A stretch of DNA of 64,000 nt from an uncultured Chloroflexia bacterium (GCA_963825525.1 CAWGTN010000002.1:1536001-1600000), one strand, 5' to 3'. Shown: positions 1 through 9,978, numbered from the stretch's first letter. Notes: generated from the letters alone by a model not told the origin. Translations and numbers: made by a program.

Positions 1-381
1 AGCCGGGGAATGCAGCAGAAGGTCGCGATCGCGCGGGCGCTGCTCACGAGCCCGACGGTGCTGCTGCTCGACGAGCCGACGACGGGCCTCGATCCGCGGT
101 CGAAGCTCGACGTGCAGGCCTTTATCGAGGAGGTGCGCGACACGCACGACGCGACGATCGTGCTGACGACGCACGACCTTGCCGAGGCGGAGCGGCTGTG
201 TGACCGGATCAGCGTCATCAACGACGGCCGCCTGGTCGCGGAGGGGACGCCCGACGAGCTGAAGACGCTGGTTGCGACCCAGCAGGGGATGCCTCCGACC
301 ATGGACAGCGTGTTCATGGCGTTCACGGGACGCAGCCTCGACGACGACCACGACGACGACAACCACGAAGACGACGAGTAG
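1..381 (+). CDS. ABC transporter ATP-binding protein, C-terminal part (5'-truncated by window)
   Basis: Signature remnant SRGMQQKVAIARAL, Walker B LLLDEPTTGLDP, H-loop TTHDL; frame open from base 1. Confidence 0.9.
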   Translation, partial: SRGMQQKVAIARALLTSPTVLLLDEPTTGLDPRSKLDVQAFIEEVRDTHDATIVLTTHDLAEAERLCDRISVINDGRLVAEGTPDELKTLVATQQGMPPTMDSVFMAFTGRSLDDDHDDDNHEDDE

Positions 382-405
382 CAGGAACGAAAGGAGGTGA
401 TTTCC

Positions 406-603
406 GTGCAGAGCAACCTGGACCTGCGTGTCGCGCTCGACTTCGTCGAGGAGCGTCAGGCGCGATTGCGCCGCACGAGCCTCCTCGTGAGCGAGCCGAC
501 GCAGAAGCGCCGCCGCGTGCGGCGTTGGATCGGCCGAAGGCTGGTGCGCTACGGCCACCGGCTGGCTGCCGAGCCGACGATGCGGCCGGTCCGAGCCCGA
601 TAA
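406..603 (+). CDS. Small Arg-rich hypothetical protein (~65 aa)
   Basis: Strong SD AAGGAGG at 391-397, 8 nt before GTG 406; fills the gap between ATPase and permease. Confidence 0.6.
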   Translation: MQSNLDLRVALDFVEERQARLRRTSLLVSEPTQKRRRVRRWIGRRLVRYGHRLAAEPTMRPVRAR

Positions 604-627
604 GGGCCGGGCCGGTCCATCGGCCCT
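603..627 (+). terminator. GC stem-loop after the small ORF (terminator or mRNA stabiliser)
   Basis: AGGGCCG (603-609) / CGGCCCT (621-627) inverted repeat; no U-tract. Confidence 0.3.
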
Positions 628-650
628 GAACGAACGAACGAACGAACGAA
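628..650 (+). repeat. (GAAC)5GAA tetranucleotide tandem repeat
   Basis: Directly visible: gaacgaacgaacgaacgaacgaa, just upstream of the permease start. Confidence 0.9.
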
Positions 651-665
651 GAAAGAGACCGAACG

Positions 666-1466
666 ATGTCGATGGCAACGCGCGAGCTGAAGGCGAGCTT
701 CGCCTTCGTCGAGCGCAACTTCAACCTGACGAAGCGTTACTGGGGCTGGGAGGTGGCGTGGCTCGTCTATTCCCTGGCGGCCGCCCTGGCGGTGGCCTTC
801 ATCGGCGTTGCCCAAAACGACACCGAGCTGCTCCAGGTGCTCGTGATCGGCACGATCTTCTGGAACTTCCTCTCGATCGTCTTCGGCTTCATCGGCGAGA
901 CGGTGACCTGGGAGCGCTGGGAGGGGACCCTGGAATACACCTTCATGGCACCCGTGCGCCGGTACACCCAGCTCATCGGGTCCACGGTCTTTGCGGTGAG
1001 CTACGCGCTCATCCAGATGGTCGTGATCCTCATCGTGATGATGCTGTTCTTCGGGCTGGAGTTCACCGGCGGCAACTTCGTGACCGCCGCGGTGTTCCTT
1101 GGCATCGGCTCACTGAGCTTCGTGGGAGTCGGCATGATGGCGGCCATCCTGCCGCTGCTCTACGTGGAGCGTGGCGACCAGATGGTGTTCCTCATCCAGT
1201 CGGTGATCCTGCTGTTCAGCGGGGTCTACTACTCGACCGACATCCTTCCCGACTGGATGCAGTTCGTCAGCCAGTTCTCGCCGGGCACCTACGTGCTCGA
1301 CGGGATCCGTGAGGGGCTCATCAAGGGCACGCCGGTAACGGAGCTGCTCCACGACGTGTGGCCGCTGCTGATCATGGCCGTGGTCCTCATCCCCCTGGGC
1401 GTCTACGTCTTCGGGATCGCGGAGCGCTACGCGAAGCGCACGGGCAAGCTGAAGAGAGTCGGATGA
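666..1466 (+). CDS. ABC-2 type transporter permease
   Basis: About 6 TM segments, ERWEGTLE motif, FSGVYY..LPDW motif. Confidence 0.9.
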   Translation: MSMATRELKASFAFVERNFNLTKRYWGWEVAWLVYSLAAALAVAFIGVAQNDTELLQVLVIGTIFWNFLSIVFGFIGETVTWERWEGTLEYTFMAPVRRYTQLIGSTVFAVSYALIQMVVILIVMMLFFGLEFTGGNFVTAAVFLGIGSLSFVGVGMMAAILPLLYVERGDQMVFLIQSVILLFSGVYYSTDILPDWMQFVSQFSPGTYVLDGIREGLIKGTPVTELLHDVWPLLIMAVVLIPLGVYVFGIAERYAKRTGKLKRVG

Positions 1467-2488
1467 TGGAGATTGACATGAAGACCGATACGGCCGCTCA
1501 CGCGGCGGACATTCCCGGCCTTGTGGTGCGACCGTACGCCGGCGAGGCCGATCTGCCCGAGGTGGCGCGCGTCCAGAGCGCGGAGTGGGCCGCCGATGGC
1601 GTGAGCGAGCGCGCGAGCGTGGACCAGCTGCGGGCGTGGTGGGGCAATCCGTCGGAGCAGTTCGACCCGGCGCGCGATGTCGACATCATCGAGATCCACG
1701 GCCGGGTCGTGGCGGTCACCCAGCGCGACTGGACCGATACCACCGATGGCGTCCGCGAGTACCGGGGCCGGGGCTGGATCGAGCCGGAGCACCGCCGCCG
1801 CGGAATCGGGACCATGCTGGTCGCCCGCAACGAGGCGGTTCGCCGCAGCCTGGCAGCGACCCACGACACCCGCCGACCGCTCGTGCTCGGCATGGGAGGC
1901 CCCGAATCCAACGTCGGGGCCCAGACCCTTGCCCGCGCGTTCGGCTACGAGCCGGAGCGCTGGTTCACCGACATGGAGCGTCCTCTGACCGGTGACCTGC
2001 CGGATGTGCCTCCGATACCCGATGGCCTCGAGGTGCGCCCGGCATCGGCGGACCAGTCGCGCCAGATCTGGGAGGCGGATCACGATGCCTTCCGCGACCA
2101 CTGGGGTGGCTGGGATCCGTCGGATGCGAGCTATCGGCGCTGGGTGGAGTCGCCGGAGTTCCAGCCCGACCTCATGCTCGTGGCGTGGGACGGTGACGAG
2201 ATCGCGGGCGCCGTGCTCAATGCGGTCTATGCCGACGAGAACGAGGAGCTGGGAATCAGTCGCGGCTGGCTCGACAGCGTCTTCACGCGACGACGGTGGC
2301 GGCGGCGCGGGCTGGCTCGCGCGCTCATCGTGCGCTCGCTCCACCTGCTGCGCGACGGTGGCCTGGCAGCGGCGGCTCTCGGCGTCGACGGCGACAATCC
2401 GTCGGGCGCTTTCGGCCTGTACGAATCGGTTGGGTTCCAGCCGACCAAGAGGTTTGTTGCCTGGCGCAAGCCGATGGAGGGTGCGTGA
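1463..2488 (+). CDS. Tandem-domain GNAT acetyltransferase (MshD-like architecture)
   Basis: Two acetyl-CoA motifs (PEHRRRGIG, RRWRRRGLARAL), LGVDGDNPSGAFGLYESVGF; ATGA overlap with permease stop. Confidence 0.85.
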   Translation: MMEIDMKTDTAAHAADIPGLVVRPYAGEADLPEVARVQSAEWAADGVSERASVDQLRAWWGNPSEQFDPARDVDIIEIHGRVVAVTQRDWTDTTDGVREYRGRGWIEPEHRRRGIGTMLVARNEAVRRSLAATHDTRRPLVLGMGGPESNVGAQTLARAFGYEPERWFTDMERPLTGDLPDVPPIPDGLEVRPASADQSRQIWEADHDAFRDHWGGWDPSDASYRRWVESPEFQPDLMLVAWDGDEIAGAVLNAVYADENEELGISRGWLDSVFTRRRWRRRGLARALIVRSLHLLRDGGLAAAALGVDGDNPSGAFGLYESVGFQPTKRFVAWRKPMEGA

Positions 2489-3483
2489 TGGATAACGAGC
2501 TGGGGATCGTGGGCCCAGACATCGCCGGGCTGGCGTTCCGTCGCTTCCGCGGGGAGGACGATCTGCCCGGGATGCTGGCGCTCCTCAATAAGGCGCATGC
2601 AGCGGACGGGGTCGACGAGGTCCTGACCCTTGACCAGCTGCGGCTGAATTACGCCACGCTCGTGAATTGCGATCCCGAGCGCGACATGTGCCTGGCGGAG
2701 GTCGATGGTGAGGTCGTGGCCTACGGCCGCGTCTTCTGGCAGGACCTCGTGGACGGCGGGCGGACGTACGAGAATTTCGGGCTGGTTCGCCCGGATTGGC
2801 GGCGCCGCGGGATCGGCGGGGCCCTCCACCGGCAGAACGAAGCCCGCCTCCGTGAGATCGCGGCCGATCACGACATCTCGCCGAAATGGCTTTCGTCCGA
2901 GGGGGTGGACGACGATGCGGGGAACGCCGCACTGCTGCTGGGCGACGGCTACCAGCCGGTCAGGTACTTCTACGACATGGTGGCGGCATCCCTGGATGGG
3001 CTGCAGCCGGTGCCGATGCCTGACGGGATCGAGCTTCGCCCGGTGTCGCGCGACCAGTATCGGGCCATCTGGGAGGCGTCGGCGGAGGCGTTCCGTGACC
3101 ATTGGGGCGAGGCCGAGTGGGCCGAGGCCGATTGGGAGCGGTTTCAGTCCGAGCCGGAGAACGCCGACCCGCGGCTGTGGCGCGTCGGCTGGGCCGGGGA
3201 TGAGGTGGCTGGCGCCGTCACGGTCACCGTGCCGGAGGAGGAGAACAGGCTGCACGAGCGCGCCCGGGTCTACGTGGCGTGGGTCTCGGTCCGTCGCGCG
3301 TGGCGCCGGCGCGGGCTGGCGCGTGCGCTCATGGCGAGCGGGCTGCTTGCTGCCCGCGACGAGGGATTCACCTCGGCGAGCCTTGGCGTCGACACCGACA
3401 GCCCGACCGGGGCCACGTCCCTCTACGAATCTCTGGGGTTCGCGCCGGAGAAGTCGTTCACCGCGTATCGCAAGGCCATGTAG
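2488..3483 (+). CDS. Tandem-domain GNAT acetyltransferase, paralog of the preceding gene
   Basis: PDWRRRGIG, RRAWRRRGLARAL, shared AFRDHWG motif; SD GGAGG; TGATG overlap. Confidence 0.85.
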   Translation: MDNELGIVGPDIAGLAFRRFRGEDDLPGMLALLNKAHAADGVDEVLTLDQLRLNYATLVNCDPERDMCLAEVDGEVVAYGRVFWQDLVDGGRTYENFGLVRPDWRRRGIGGALHRQNEARLREIAADHDISPKWLSSEGVDDDAGNAALLLGDGYQPVRYFYDMVAASLDGLQPVPMPDGIELRPVSRDQYRAIWEASAEAFRDHWGEAEWAEADWERFQSEPENADPRLWRVGWAGDEVAGAVTVTVPEEENRLHERARVYVAWVSVRRAWRRRGLARALMASGLLAARDEGFTSASLGVDTDSPTGATSLYESLGFAPEKSFTAYRKAM

Positions 3484-3584
3484 GTTCGGGCGGCGGCTCG
3501 TTGCGCGGTCGTGGGCGGCTCGTGGGCGGCGTTGTGACCAACGCTCTCCTGGTGCGCGTATGACGAGTGGTGGGCCCGCTACCT

Positions 3585-3706
3585 GACAACTGCCGGCCTG
3601 GTTCGCATTAGCGGGCGCTGCGCTCCAGGGCCGACTCAATCCGTGCTCATGCGGCGGGGTCTTAGGCACGACTGGTCGGCTAATGCGAACCAGGAGTGCA
3701 TATGGC
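3585..3706. repeat. Inverted-repeat element copy 1 (28-bp arms, 66-bp spacer)
   Basis: Left GACAACTGCCGGCCTGGTTCGCATTAGC (3585-3612), right GCTAATGCGAACCAGGAGTGCATATGGC (3679-3706); inner 16 bp are a perfect IR; related copies at 58938 and 59091. Confidence 0.9.
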
Positions 3707-3803
3707 AGGGCGCGCGCTGCCCACGCACGTGACGCGGGCCCCGCACGGCGCGCTCTGGCCCCCACTCGCCGCGCCGCCGCGCCTCAGCGAACTCCGAGCC
3801 AGC

Positions 3804-4952
3804 CTAGCCTCGCTCCGACAGCACCCGATCCCGGGTCTCGTAGTAGAAGTCGACGATCCGCTCCGTCACGCGATCCCAGCTGAACTCGGGGGCGCGGGCG
3901 CGGCCGGCCTCGCCCATCTCGTGCCGCAGCTCTGGATCTCGCGCCAGCGCGTACAGGCCGGCAGCCAGAGCCCGCGGATTCCTCGGCTCCACGAGCAACC
4001 CCTGGACGTTGCGCTCCACCACCCGTTTGAATCCGTGGATGTCGGAGGCGACGATCGGCACACCGGCGGCCATGGCTTCGAGCAGCACGATCCCGAACGA
4101 CTCCTGTCCGGTGTTCGGGGCGCAATAGATGTCGGCCGATGCGAAGTAGCGGACCTTGGCCTCGTCGTCCACGCGACCCAGGAACTCGACGTCGCGGATC
4201 CCGCGCAGCCCCACGTAGCGCTTGTACTCGCGCAGCTTCGGCCCCGCTCCCACCACCAGCAGCCGAGCGTCGACCTTGCGCTTGCGGAGCCGATGGTATG
4301 CCTTCAACAGGTGGGTGAGACCCTTGCGCTCCTCGAGGCGGCCGACGAACAGGATGTTCAACGTCCCGTCGCGCAGCTCCTCGAACGGCTCGGCCTGCGT
4401 GAAGCGGTCGAGGTCCACGCCGTTGGGAATGATCCGATATTCGCCGGGGAAGTACGTGCTGATGAAGTGGCGCGCGGCCCCGCTGACCGCGATCCGTCCA
4501 TGGAGCAGGTTGGCCAGGCCACCGGCGAAGCGCCCACCCACCCAATAGGACGGTGAGAAGCCGCCGAAGGCGTGGAACGTCGCGATGTTGACCGTCTCGG
4601 ACTGGTCGAGCACGGTCGGCGAGAGGAAGGGCACGAACGGCTCGTGGAAGTGGAGGATGTCGAACCGTTGCGCCTCGAGCACCTCGCGCGCCTGGCGCTT
4701 GAACCGCAGGCCCAGGGTCACGCGCCCGACACTGCCGTTGGCCGGCGCCGCCCACCCGGTGCCCAGGCGGATGATGTGCCCCTCGCTCTCTCGCTGTCGC
4801 CCGTACTTGCTGGTGATGATCCACACGTCGTGGCCCAGGCGTCGCATGGCCTCGTACGTGAAGCGCACGTGCTCGTTCACCCCGCCGGGGTGCGGATACC
4901 CGTACGGGCTGACGATGCCGATCTTCAACGGCGGTCGAGCCGGCGACGTCAT
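3804..4952 (-). CDS. pimA: GT4 glycosyltransferase, phosphatidyl-myo-inositol alpha-mannosyltransferase-like
   Basis: KIGIVSPY..PGGV..H, APANGSV, HFHEP, APNTGQESFGIVLLEAMAAG; pgsA/acyltransferase context. Confidence 0.8.
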   Translation of the reverse strand: MTSPARPPLKIGIVSPYGYPHPGGVNEHVRFTYEAMRRLGHDVWIITSKYGRQRESEGHIIRLGTGWAAPANGSVGRVTLGLRFKRQAREVLEAQRFDILHFHEPFVPFLSPTVLDQSETVNIATFHAFGGFSPSYWVGGRFAGGLANLLHGRIAVSGAARHFISTYFPGEYRIIPNGVDLDRFTQAEPFEELRDGTLNILFVGRLEERKGLTHLLKAYHRLRKRKVDARLLVVGAGPKLREYKRYVGLRGIRDVEFLGRVDDEAKVRYFASADIYCAPNTGQESFGIVLLEAMAAGVPIVASDIHGFKRVVERNVQGLLVEPRNPRALAAGLYALARDPELRHEMGEAGRARAPEFSWDRVTERIVDFYYETRDRVLSERG

Positions 4953-5692
4953 CGCCATTCCCCTGTGGGCCGCAGGGTATGCCGCAGGTGCCTTGCCTTG
5001 GCTCCCAGCTGGCGCCGATACACGTCGAGATTGTGCCGGTTCGACCAGAACGCGCCATCGGGCCGGGTGGTGCGCGCCTCGATGGCCGCCCGATAATCGG
5101 CCCCGCTGCTCCCCGGGAACCATGTCCACCCCGAGCCGATGCCCTCGAGAACGTGCGCATCGGAGTTCCCGACGGCCGCCAGCTCGAGGACGGTTTCGTT
5201 CAATCGGTCGCGTGCGGATCGTCTCGACCGTCCGGCGGCTGACGGGTTCATCAGCTCGATGCCATCCAGCCGATGCCGCGCGTCGCTGGCCTGCTGCGCC
5301 GCGCGCAGCGATCGGGACCCGAGAGACGGGGTGAGGGGCGCCAGCGGGTGGGCGGCGACCGCGATCCCGCCCTGGTCATGGATTCGCTCCAGGGTCTCGG
5401 GTAGTGGTCGCAGCGCCGGGATCCGATCCGTGATGAAGAGGGCCAGGACGTGGCCGCGACGGGTCGTGATCTCCTCGCCGACCACCAGCTCGAACGAATA
5501 GTTGCCCTGGGCATGGAGATCGCGCGCCCGCAGCGCGCCATCGATGCGCTCGTGGTCGGTGATGGCCACGAGGTCGAGATCGGTTCGCGCCTCGACGTGG
5601 TCGAGCACAGCCTGGACCCCGGCAGTCCCATCCGAGTACAGCGTGTGGAGGTGCATGTCGGCCTTGCCATGATCGCCGCCGGATCGTGTCAT
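4949..5692 (-). CDS. PHP-domain metal-dependent phosphoesterase
   Basis: DMHLHTLYSDG, AITDH, GEEI..GH, AAHP, GNSDAH. Confidence 0.85.
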   Translation of the reverse strand: MTRSGGDHGKADMHLHTLYSDGTAGVQAVLDHVEARTDLDLVAITDHERIDGALRARDLHAQGNYSFELVVGEEITTRRGHVLALFITDRIPALRPLPETLERIHDQGGIAVAAHPLAPLTPSLGSRSLRAAQQASDARHRLDGIELMNPSAAGRSRRSARDRLNETVLELAAVGNSDAHVLEGIGSGWTWFPGSSGADYRAAIEARTTRPDGAFWSNRHNLDVYRRQLGAKARHLRHTLRPTGEWR

Positions 5693-6570
5693 GCGTCGGC
5701 CCGCCGGAGATCGGGCCAGAACGGCTGGAACGCGCCCCACCACTGCTCCGGCGCCTCACCGATGTCGTGCTCGTATCGGGCGGCCATGAGCTTCGTCAGG
5801 GCGGCCACATCGGCCCGTCGGTCGCCGGTGGAAGGCAACGCGATCACCTCGCCATCGGCGACGAACCGTTCAGGACCCGTACGCAGGCAGCGACCGACGA
5901 TCAGGGCCGCGTGGTGGGCGATGGCCAGGACCGCCGGGCCGATCGGCACCGTGGTCGGATGCCCGAACATCGTCACCGGGAGCCCGTCACCGGCCAGGTC
6001 GCGGTCGCCGATGATCCCGACCGTGCCGCCGGCACGCAGCCGGGCGCTCAATGCGCGGCGCGCACCGCTCAGCGGCACGAGCTCGATCCTCGCCCCACCC
6101 CGCCGCGCCGCGAGAAACTCGAACAGGACGCGCGGCTCGATCTCCTCGATCGGGGCAAGGGGCCGGTGCCCGTGGGCCGCTATGAACACGCCGAACGGCT
6201 CGAAATTGCCGAGATGGGAGCTCACCAGCATCCCCGGGCCGTCGCGCAGCGCCGCCCCGAAGACCGCCCAATCCGGCACCGCGACGATCTCGTCGATGCG
6301 GTCGAGGGGATAGTGCGGCGCCCGCAGCAGCTCGAGGTAGTAGCGCGCGTGATTGCGGAACGCGGCACGCACCAGATCTCGGAATGGCCTGCCTCGCGTC
6401 GGTCGACCGGTCGCGGCACACACCCGCGCAAGATTGGCGGCCACCATCCGTCGACGGTCGGGCGCCATCCGGTACCACGCCGCGCCGAGCAGGTCAGCCA
6501 GGCGGTATGCCACGGAGGACGGCAACCAGGCAACGATGCGGTCCGCGATGCCGAGGCCGAGACGAAGCAT
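5689..6570 (-). CDS. Phosphatidylinositol mannoside / lipid A-type acyltransferase (PatA-like) 1
   Basis: HxxxxE motif SSHLGNFE, IIGDRDL, V.MFG....PIGPA.LA, PEQW. Confidence 0.8.
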   Translation of the reverse strand: MLRLGLGIADRIVAWLPSSVAYRLADLLGAAWYRMAPDRRRMVAANLARVCAATGRPTRGRPFRDLVRAAFRNHARYYLELLRAPHYPLDRIDEIVAVPDWAVFGAALRDGPGMLVSSHLGNFEPFGVFIAAHGHRPLAPIEEIEPRVLFEFLAARRGGARIELVPLSGARRALSARLRAGGTVGIIGDRDLAGDGLPVTMFGHPTTVPIGPAVLAIAHHAALIVGRCLRTGPERFVADGEVIALPSTGDRRADVAALTKLMAARYEHDIGEAPEQWWGAFQPFWPDLRRADA

Positions 6571-7589
6571 CACGCGGCGATCTTCGTCCAGTCCTCGCCG
6601 CGCCGGGCTGCCTCGAGTGCAGCTCGGGCTTCGGCTCGCTCGGCGTCGGTCTCCGGCCACACCGGGCGGAACATGTACCACTGCCCGGGATCCTCGGCGA
6701 TGACCCCGCCCAGCGCGTCGGCCAGCGCCTGGGTCGCGCGGTAGATCTCCGCCGGCTCGGTGCTCGCGCAGTGGATGAAGGGCAGGCCGCGGGCATCGAA
6801 CCGGTCGTCGCGGTCCCTCCGGCACCAGACCGGAAGCAGCGGGGCGCCGGTCTTGGCGGCCAGCGTCGCGGGCCCGATGGGGAACGTCGTCGCCTCCCCG
6901 CACAGCTCGACCGGCACGTCGCCGCGCCGGTAGCCGCCGTCGCAGAACAGGACGAGGTTGCCGTTCTCGCGCAGGACCTTGAACAGGCCGCGCAGGTTAC
7001 GCCACCCGATGACGAAGATGTTCTGGCTGGCCCGCGCCGCGGCGAGATGGTCGTAGAGCCGGCCGTACGTCGTGTCGTCGGCAACGACGTGCAGCGCCTC
7101 GCCGCTCAGCTTGAGCCCGGGTCCCAGCAGATCCATGCCGCCGATGTGGATCGTGCAGCACAGCACCCCGCGACCCTCCTTGCGCGCCTCGCCGAGGACC
7201 TCGACGTTCTCGATCCGCACGAGGTCCGCCGCGTCGTCACTCGTCAGCTCACCGAGACGCATCATGTCCACCAGGTACTTGGCGTAGTTGCGGAACGCGC
7301 GACGTGCGGCGGCCTTCACGCGCCGGTCATCGGGATCCAGGCGCATCGGCCTGGCCAGGTTCTCGTGGATCAGCTGCTGCTTGGGGCCCGAGAGGTCGTA
7401 GGCGACATTGCCGACCGCCGACGCGCCGAGCATCGCCAGCCGGCGCGGGAGGGCGTTGATGATCCGCTCTCCCGCCAGGTAGAGCCAGTACGTCAGGCGC
7501 TCACGCTTGCGCTCCGCGCTGCTGCCCTCCGGTGATCGGCTGCGGCCGATGCGACCGGCGAAGCCGGTCACGGCCCGTGCGAGATTCAT
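6570..7589 (-). CDS. PatA-like acyltransferase 2
   Basis: HIGGMD, FRNYAKY, FPIGPATLA, DPGQWYMFRPVWP. Confidence 0.8.
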   Translation of the reverse strand: MNLARAVTGFAGRIGRSRSPEGSSAERKRERLTYWLYLAGERIINALPRRLAMLGASAVGNVAYDLSGPKQQLIHENLARPMRLDPDDRRVKAAARRAFRNYAKYLVDMMRLGELTSDDAADLVRIENVEVLGEARKEGRGVLCCTIHIGGMDLLGPGLKLSGEALHVVADDTTYGRLYDHLAAARASQNIFVIGWRNLRGLFKVLRENGNLVLFCDGGYRRGDVPVELCGEATTFPIGPATLAAKTGAPLLPVWCRRDRDDRFDARGLPFIHCASTEPAEIYRATQALADALGGVIAEDPGQWYMFRPVWPETDAERAEARAALEAARRGEDWTKIAA

Positions 7590-7644
7590 GCTCGGAGGAG
7601 TATCGACGGACGGGATGACGGCCGCTCGTCGATCGGTCCCCTCC

Positions 7645-8871
7645 CTAGACCACCTCGGCTGCTGCTGCCTTCGCCTTGCCGCGCGTATTGGCCGCCGCAA
7701 GCTTCTTCGTTCGCCGCGGCGCGACCTTCTCGGTCCCGACCAGAGTCTCGTTGTCGTCGCCGCGGATGAAATCCTCGACGCGGTTGTGGGCGATGTCGTC
7801 GTGGATCTGCATCGGCGGCGACTTCATGAAATAGCTCGACGGGGCAACGAGCGTGCCGGCCAGGCCACGATCGAGCCCGAGCTTCGCGCAGCGGATGGCA
7901 TCGGTGATGACGCCGGCGCTGTTCGGGCTGTCCCAGACCTCGAGCTTGAGCTCCAGGTTCAATGGGACGTCGCCATAGGTCGTGCCCTCCATCCGGATGT
8001 GGCACCACTTGCGGTCCTTGAGCCACGGGACGTAGTCGGACGGACCGACGTGGATATCGGTGTCCGCGATCTCGTAGTCCATCATGCTCGTGACCGCGTT
8101 CGTCTTGCTGATCTTCTTCGACTCGAGGCGCTCTCGCTCGAGCATGTTCAGGAAGTCGGTGTTGCCGCCGAAGTTGAGCTGGTAGGTGCGGTCGATCTTC
8201 ACGCCGCGGTCCATGAACAGCCGTGTCAGCACGCGGTGCGTGATCGTTGCGCCGACCTGGCTCTTGATGTCGTCGCCGATGATCGGCAGGCCCGCCTCGG
8301 CAAAGCGCCGCTGCCAGTACGGCTCGCGGCCGATGAAGACCGGGATGGCGTTCACGAATGCGACGCCCGCCTGGATCGCCTGCTCGGCGTACCACTTCGT
8401 GGCCTGCTCGCTGCCGACCGGCAGGTAGCTGACCATCACATCGACCTCGCGGTCCTTGAGGATGCCGATGACGTCGGCCGTGGGCCCGGGCGCCGGCTCG
8501 ATGATCTCGGAGAGGTACTTGCCCAACCCATCGTGCGTCATGCCGCGCTCTACCGGCACGTTCAGCTGGGGAACTTCGCTGAACGTGAAGGTGTTGTTCG
8601 GCTCGACGAAGATCGCTTCGGAGAGGTCCTTGCCGACCTTGTTCTTGTCGACATCGAACGCCGCCACGAACTCGATGTCGCGGACGTGATACCCGCCCAG
8701 GTTGACGTGCATCAACCCGGGGATGAAGTCCCCGTCCTTCGCGTCGGCGTAGTGGTAGCGGCCCTGGACCAGGCTGCTGGCGCAGTTCCCGACGCCCACG
8801 ATGGCGACGCGGACCTTGCCGTCACTGGCTCGGTGTCCGTTGCTGGCGGCCTTGCCGTTTGGAGATGCCAC
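7645..8871 (-). CDS. ino1: myo-inositol-1-phosphate synthase
   Basis: [55 protein letters not shown]; start codon uncertain. Confidence 0.95.
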   Translation of the reverse strand: MASPNGKAASNGHRASDGKVRVAIVGVGNCASSLVQGRYHYADAKDGDFIPGLMHVNLGGYHVRDIEFVAAFDVDKNKVGKDLSEAIFVEPNNTFTFSEVPQLNVPVERGMTHDGLGKYLSEIIEPAPGPTADVIGILKDREVDVMVSYLPVGSEQATKWYAEQAIQAGVAFVNAIPVFIGREPYWQRRFAEAGLPIIGDDIKSQVGATITHRVLTRLFMDRGVKIDRTYQLNFGGNTDFLNMLERERLESKKISKTNAVTSMMDYEIADTDIHVGPSDYVPWLKDRKWCHIRMEGTTYGDVPLNLELKLEVWDSPNSAGVITDAIRCAKLGLDRGLAGTLVAPSSYFMKSPPMQIHDDIAHNRVEDFIRGDDNETLVGTEKVAPRRTKKLAAANTRGKAKAAAAEVV

Positions 8872-8878
8872 GATGCGA

Positions 8879-9553
8879 TCAGTGCTCCCTGCTGCGAAGT
8901 GTTGCGGCCTGGCTGGCGCGCCAGACATGCCAGATGCGTTGGATGACGGTCACCACCGTGAGGGTGGCGACCAGGACGAGGATGCCGATGAGGATGGGCG
9001 TGAACCCGAGTCCGGCAAGTCCGATGCCGGCGATGACGAGGACCAGGCGCTCGGTGCGAGGCGCCAGGCCGACCGTGGCCGTGACCCCGATGCCTTCGGC
9101 GCGGGCTCGCGCATAGCTGACGAGGAACGATCCGGTCAGGGCCACGATGACCGCCACCACCGGCAGGACCGGATCCTCCAGCGTGGTCAGAAACCAGGTG
9201 GCGATGCCGGCGTAGAGGACCGCTTCACCGGCGCGATCCAGCGTGGAGTCCAGGAAGCTGCCGAACGCCGTTCCGCCGCCCTGCGCGCGGGCCAGTGCGC
9301 CGTCCACGGCATCGAGCAGCGACCCGCCGGTGAGCACGGCCGCCCCGACGAGGAGCCAGCCGCCTGCCACGAGCGCGGACGCGGCAACCGTGATCAGCAG
9401 GCCGATGACCGTGATGGTGTTCGGCGTCAGGTGCAGTGCGATGGCGAGCCGGACGATCGGCGCCAGGATGCCTCGGGCAGCGTCCTTGAACCGCGCGGGC
9501 ATGACCGAAGCGCCGCGCCGCAGGTCGTGTGCGTGGTCGCGGCTACTGGACAT
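8879..9553 (-). CDS. pgsA: CDP-alcohol phosphatidyltransferase (phosphatidylinositol-phosphate synthase-like)
   Basis: [15 protein letters not shown]...[19 protein letters not shown]. Confidence 0.9.
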   Translation of the reverse strand: MSSSRDHAHDLRRGASVMPARFKDAARGILAPIVRLAIALHLTPNTITVIGLLITVAASALVAGGWLLVGAAVLTGGSLLDAVDGALARAQGGGTAFGSFLDSTLDRAGEAVLYAGIATWFLTTLEDPVLPVVAVIVALTGSFLVSYARARAEGIGVTATVGLAPRTERLVLVIAGIGLAGLGFTPILIGILVLVATLTVVTVIQRIWHVWRASQAATLRSREH

Positions 9554-9905
9554 CGGCGACCGTCCCACGGGCATCCGGCGAGCCGGCGACCCCGGCTGTC
9601 CCGCCGACGAGTCGAGCCTCGGCGTCGTGCAGCTCCTCGAACGCCGCCAGTCGCAGGCGGCAGATGACCTCGCGGCCCTGACGGTCGGTATCGATGAGGC
9701 CCGCCAGGCGCAGGATGCGCAGGTGCCAGCTGATGAGCGGCTGGGACAGGCCGACGCGCGCCGAAAGCTCACGTACCGGCATGGGACCGATCTCGGCGAT
9801 CAGGCCGATGACGCGCAGGCGCGTCTCGTCGCCGAGGGCACGGTAGAGGGCCCGAAGGCGCCGGAGATCCTGTTCGGCGGCGGTCTCGGTGGGGGCAGGG
9901 ATCAC
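9543..9905 (-). CDS. ArsR/SmtB family transcriptional regulator
   Basis: ALGDETRLRVI, LSQPLISWHLRILRLAGLI..DRQGRE. Confidence 0.9.
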   Translation of the reverse strand: MIPAPTETAAEQDLRRLRALYRALGDETRLRVIGLIAEIGPMPVRELSARVGLSQPLISWHLRILRLAGLIDTDRQGREVICRLRLAAFEELHDAEARLVGGTAGVAGSPDARGTVADVQ

Positions 9906-9934
9906 GAGCAGATATTTATCAAATGCGAGTTTAT

Positions 9935-9978
9935 ATAAGCGTCGGCTTATGGTATCGGGCCGGTTCCGTGTTCGTCAA
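9935..9978 (-). promoter_or_regulatory. Sigma70-type promoter with adjacent putative ArsR operator
   Basis: Minus strand TTGACG (9978-9973)-N18-TACCAT (9954-9949); palindrome ATAAGC-GTCG-GCTTAT at 9935-9950 in an AT-rich patch. Confidence 0.6.
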
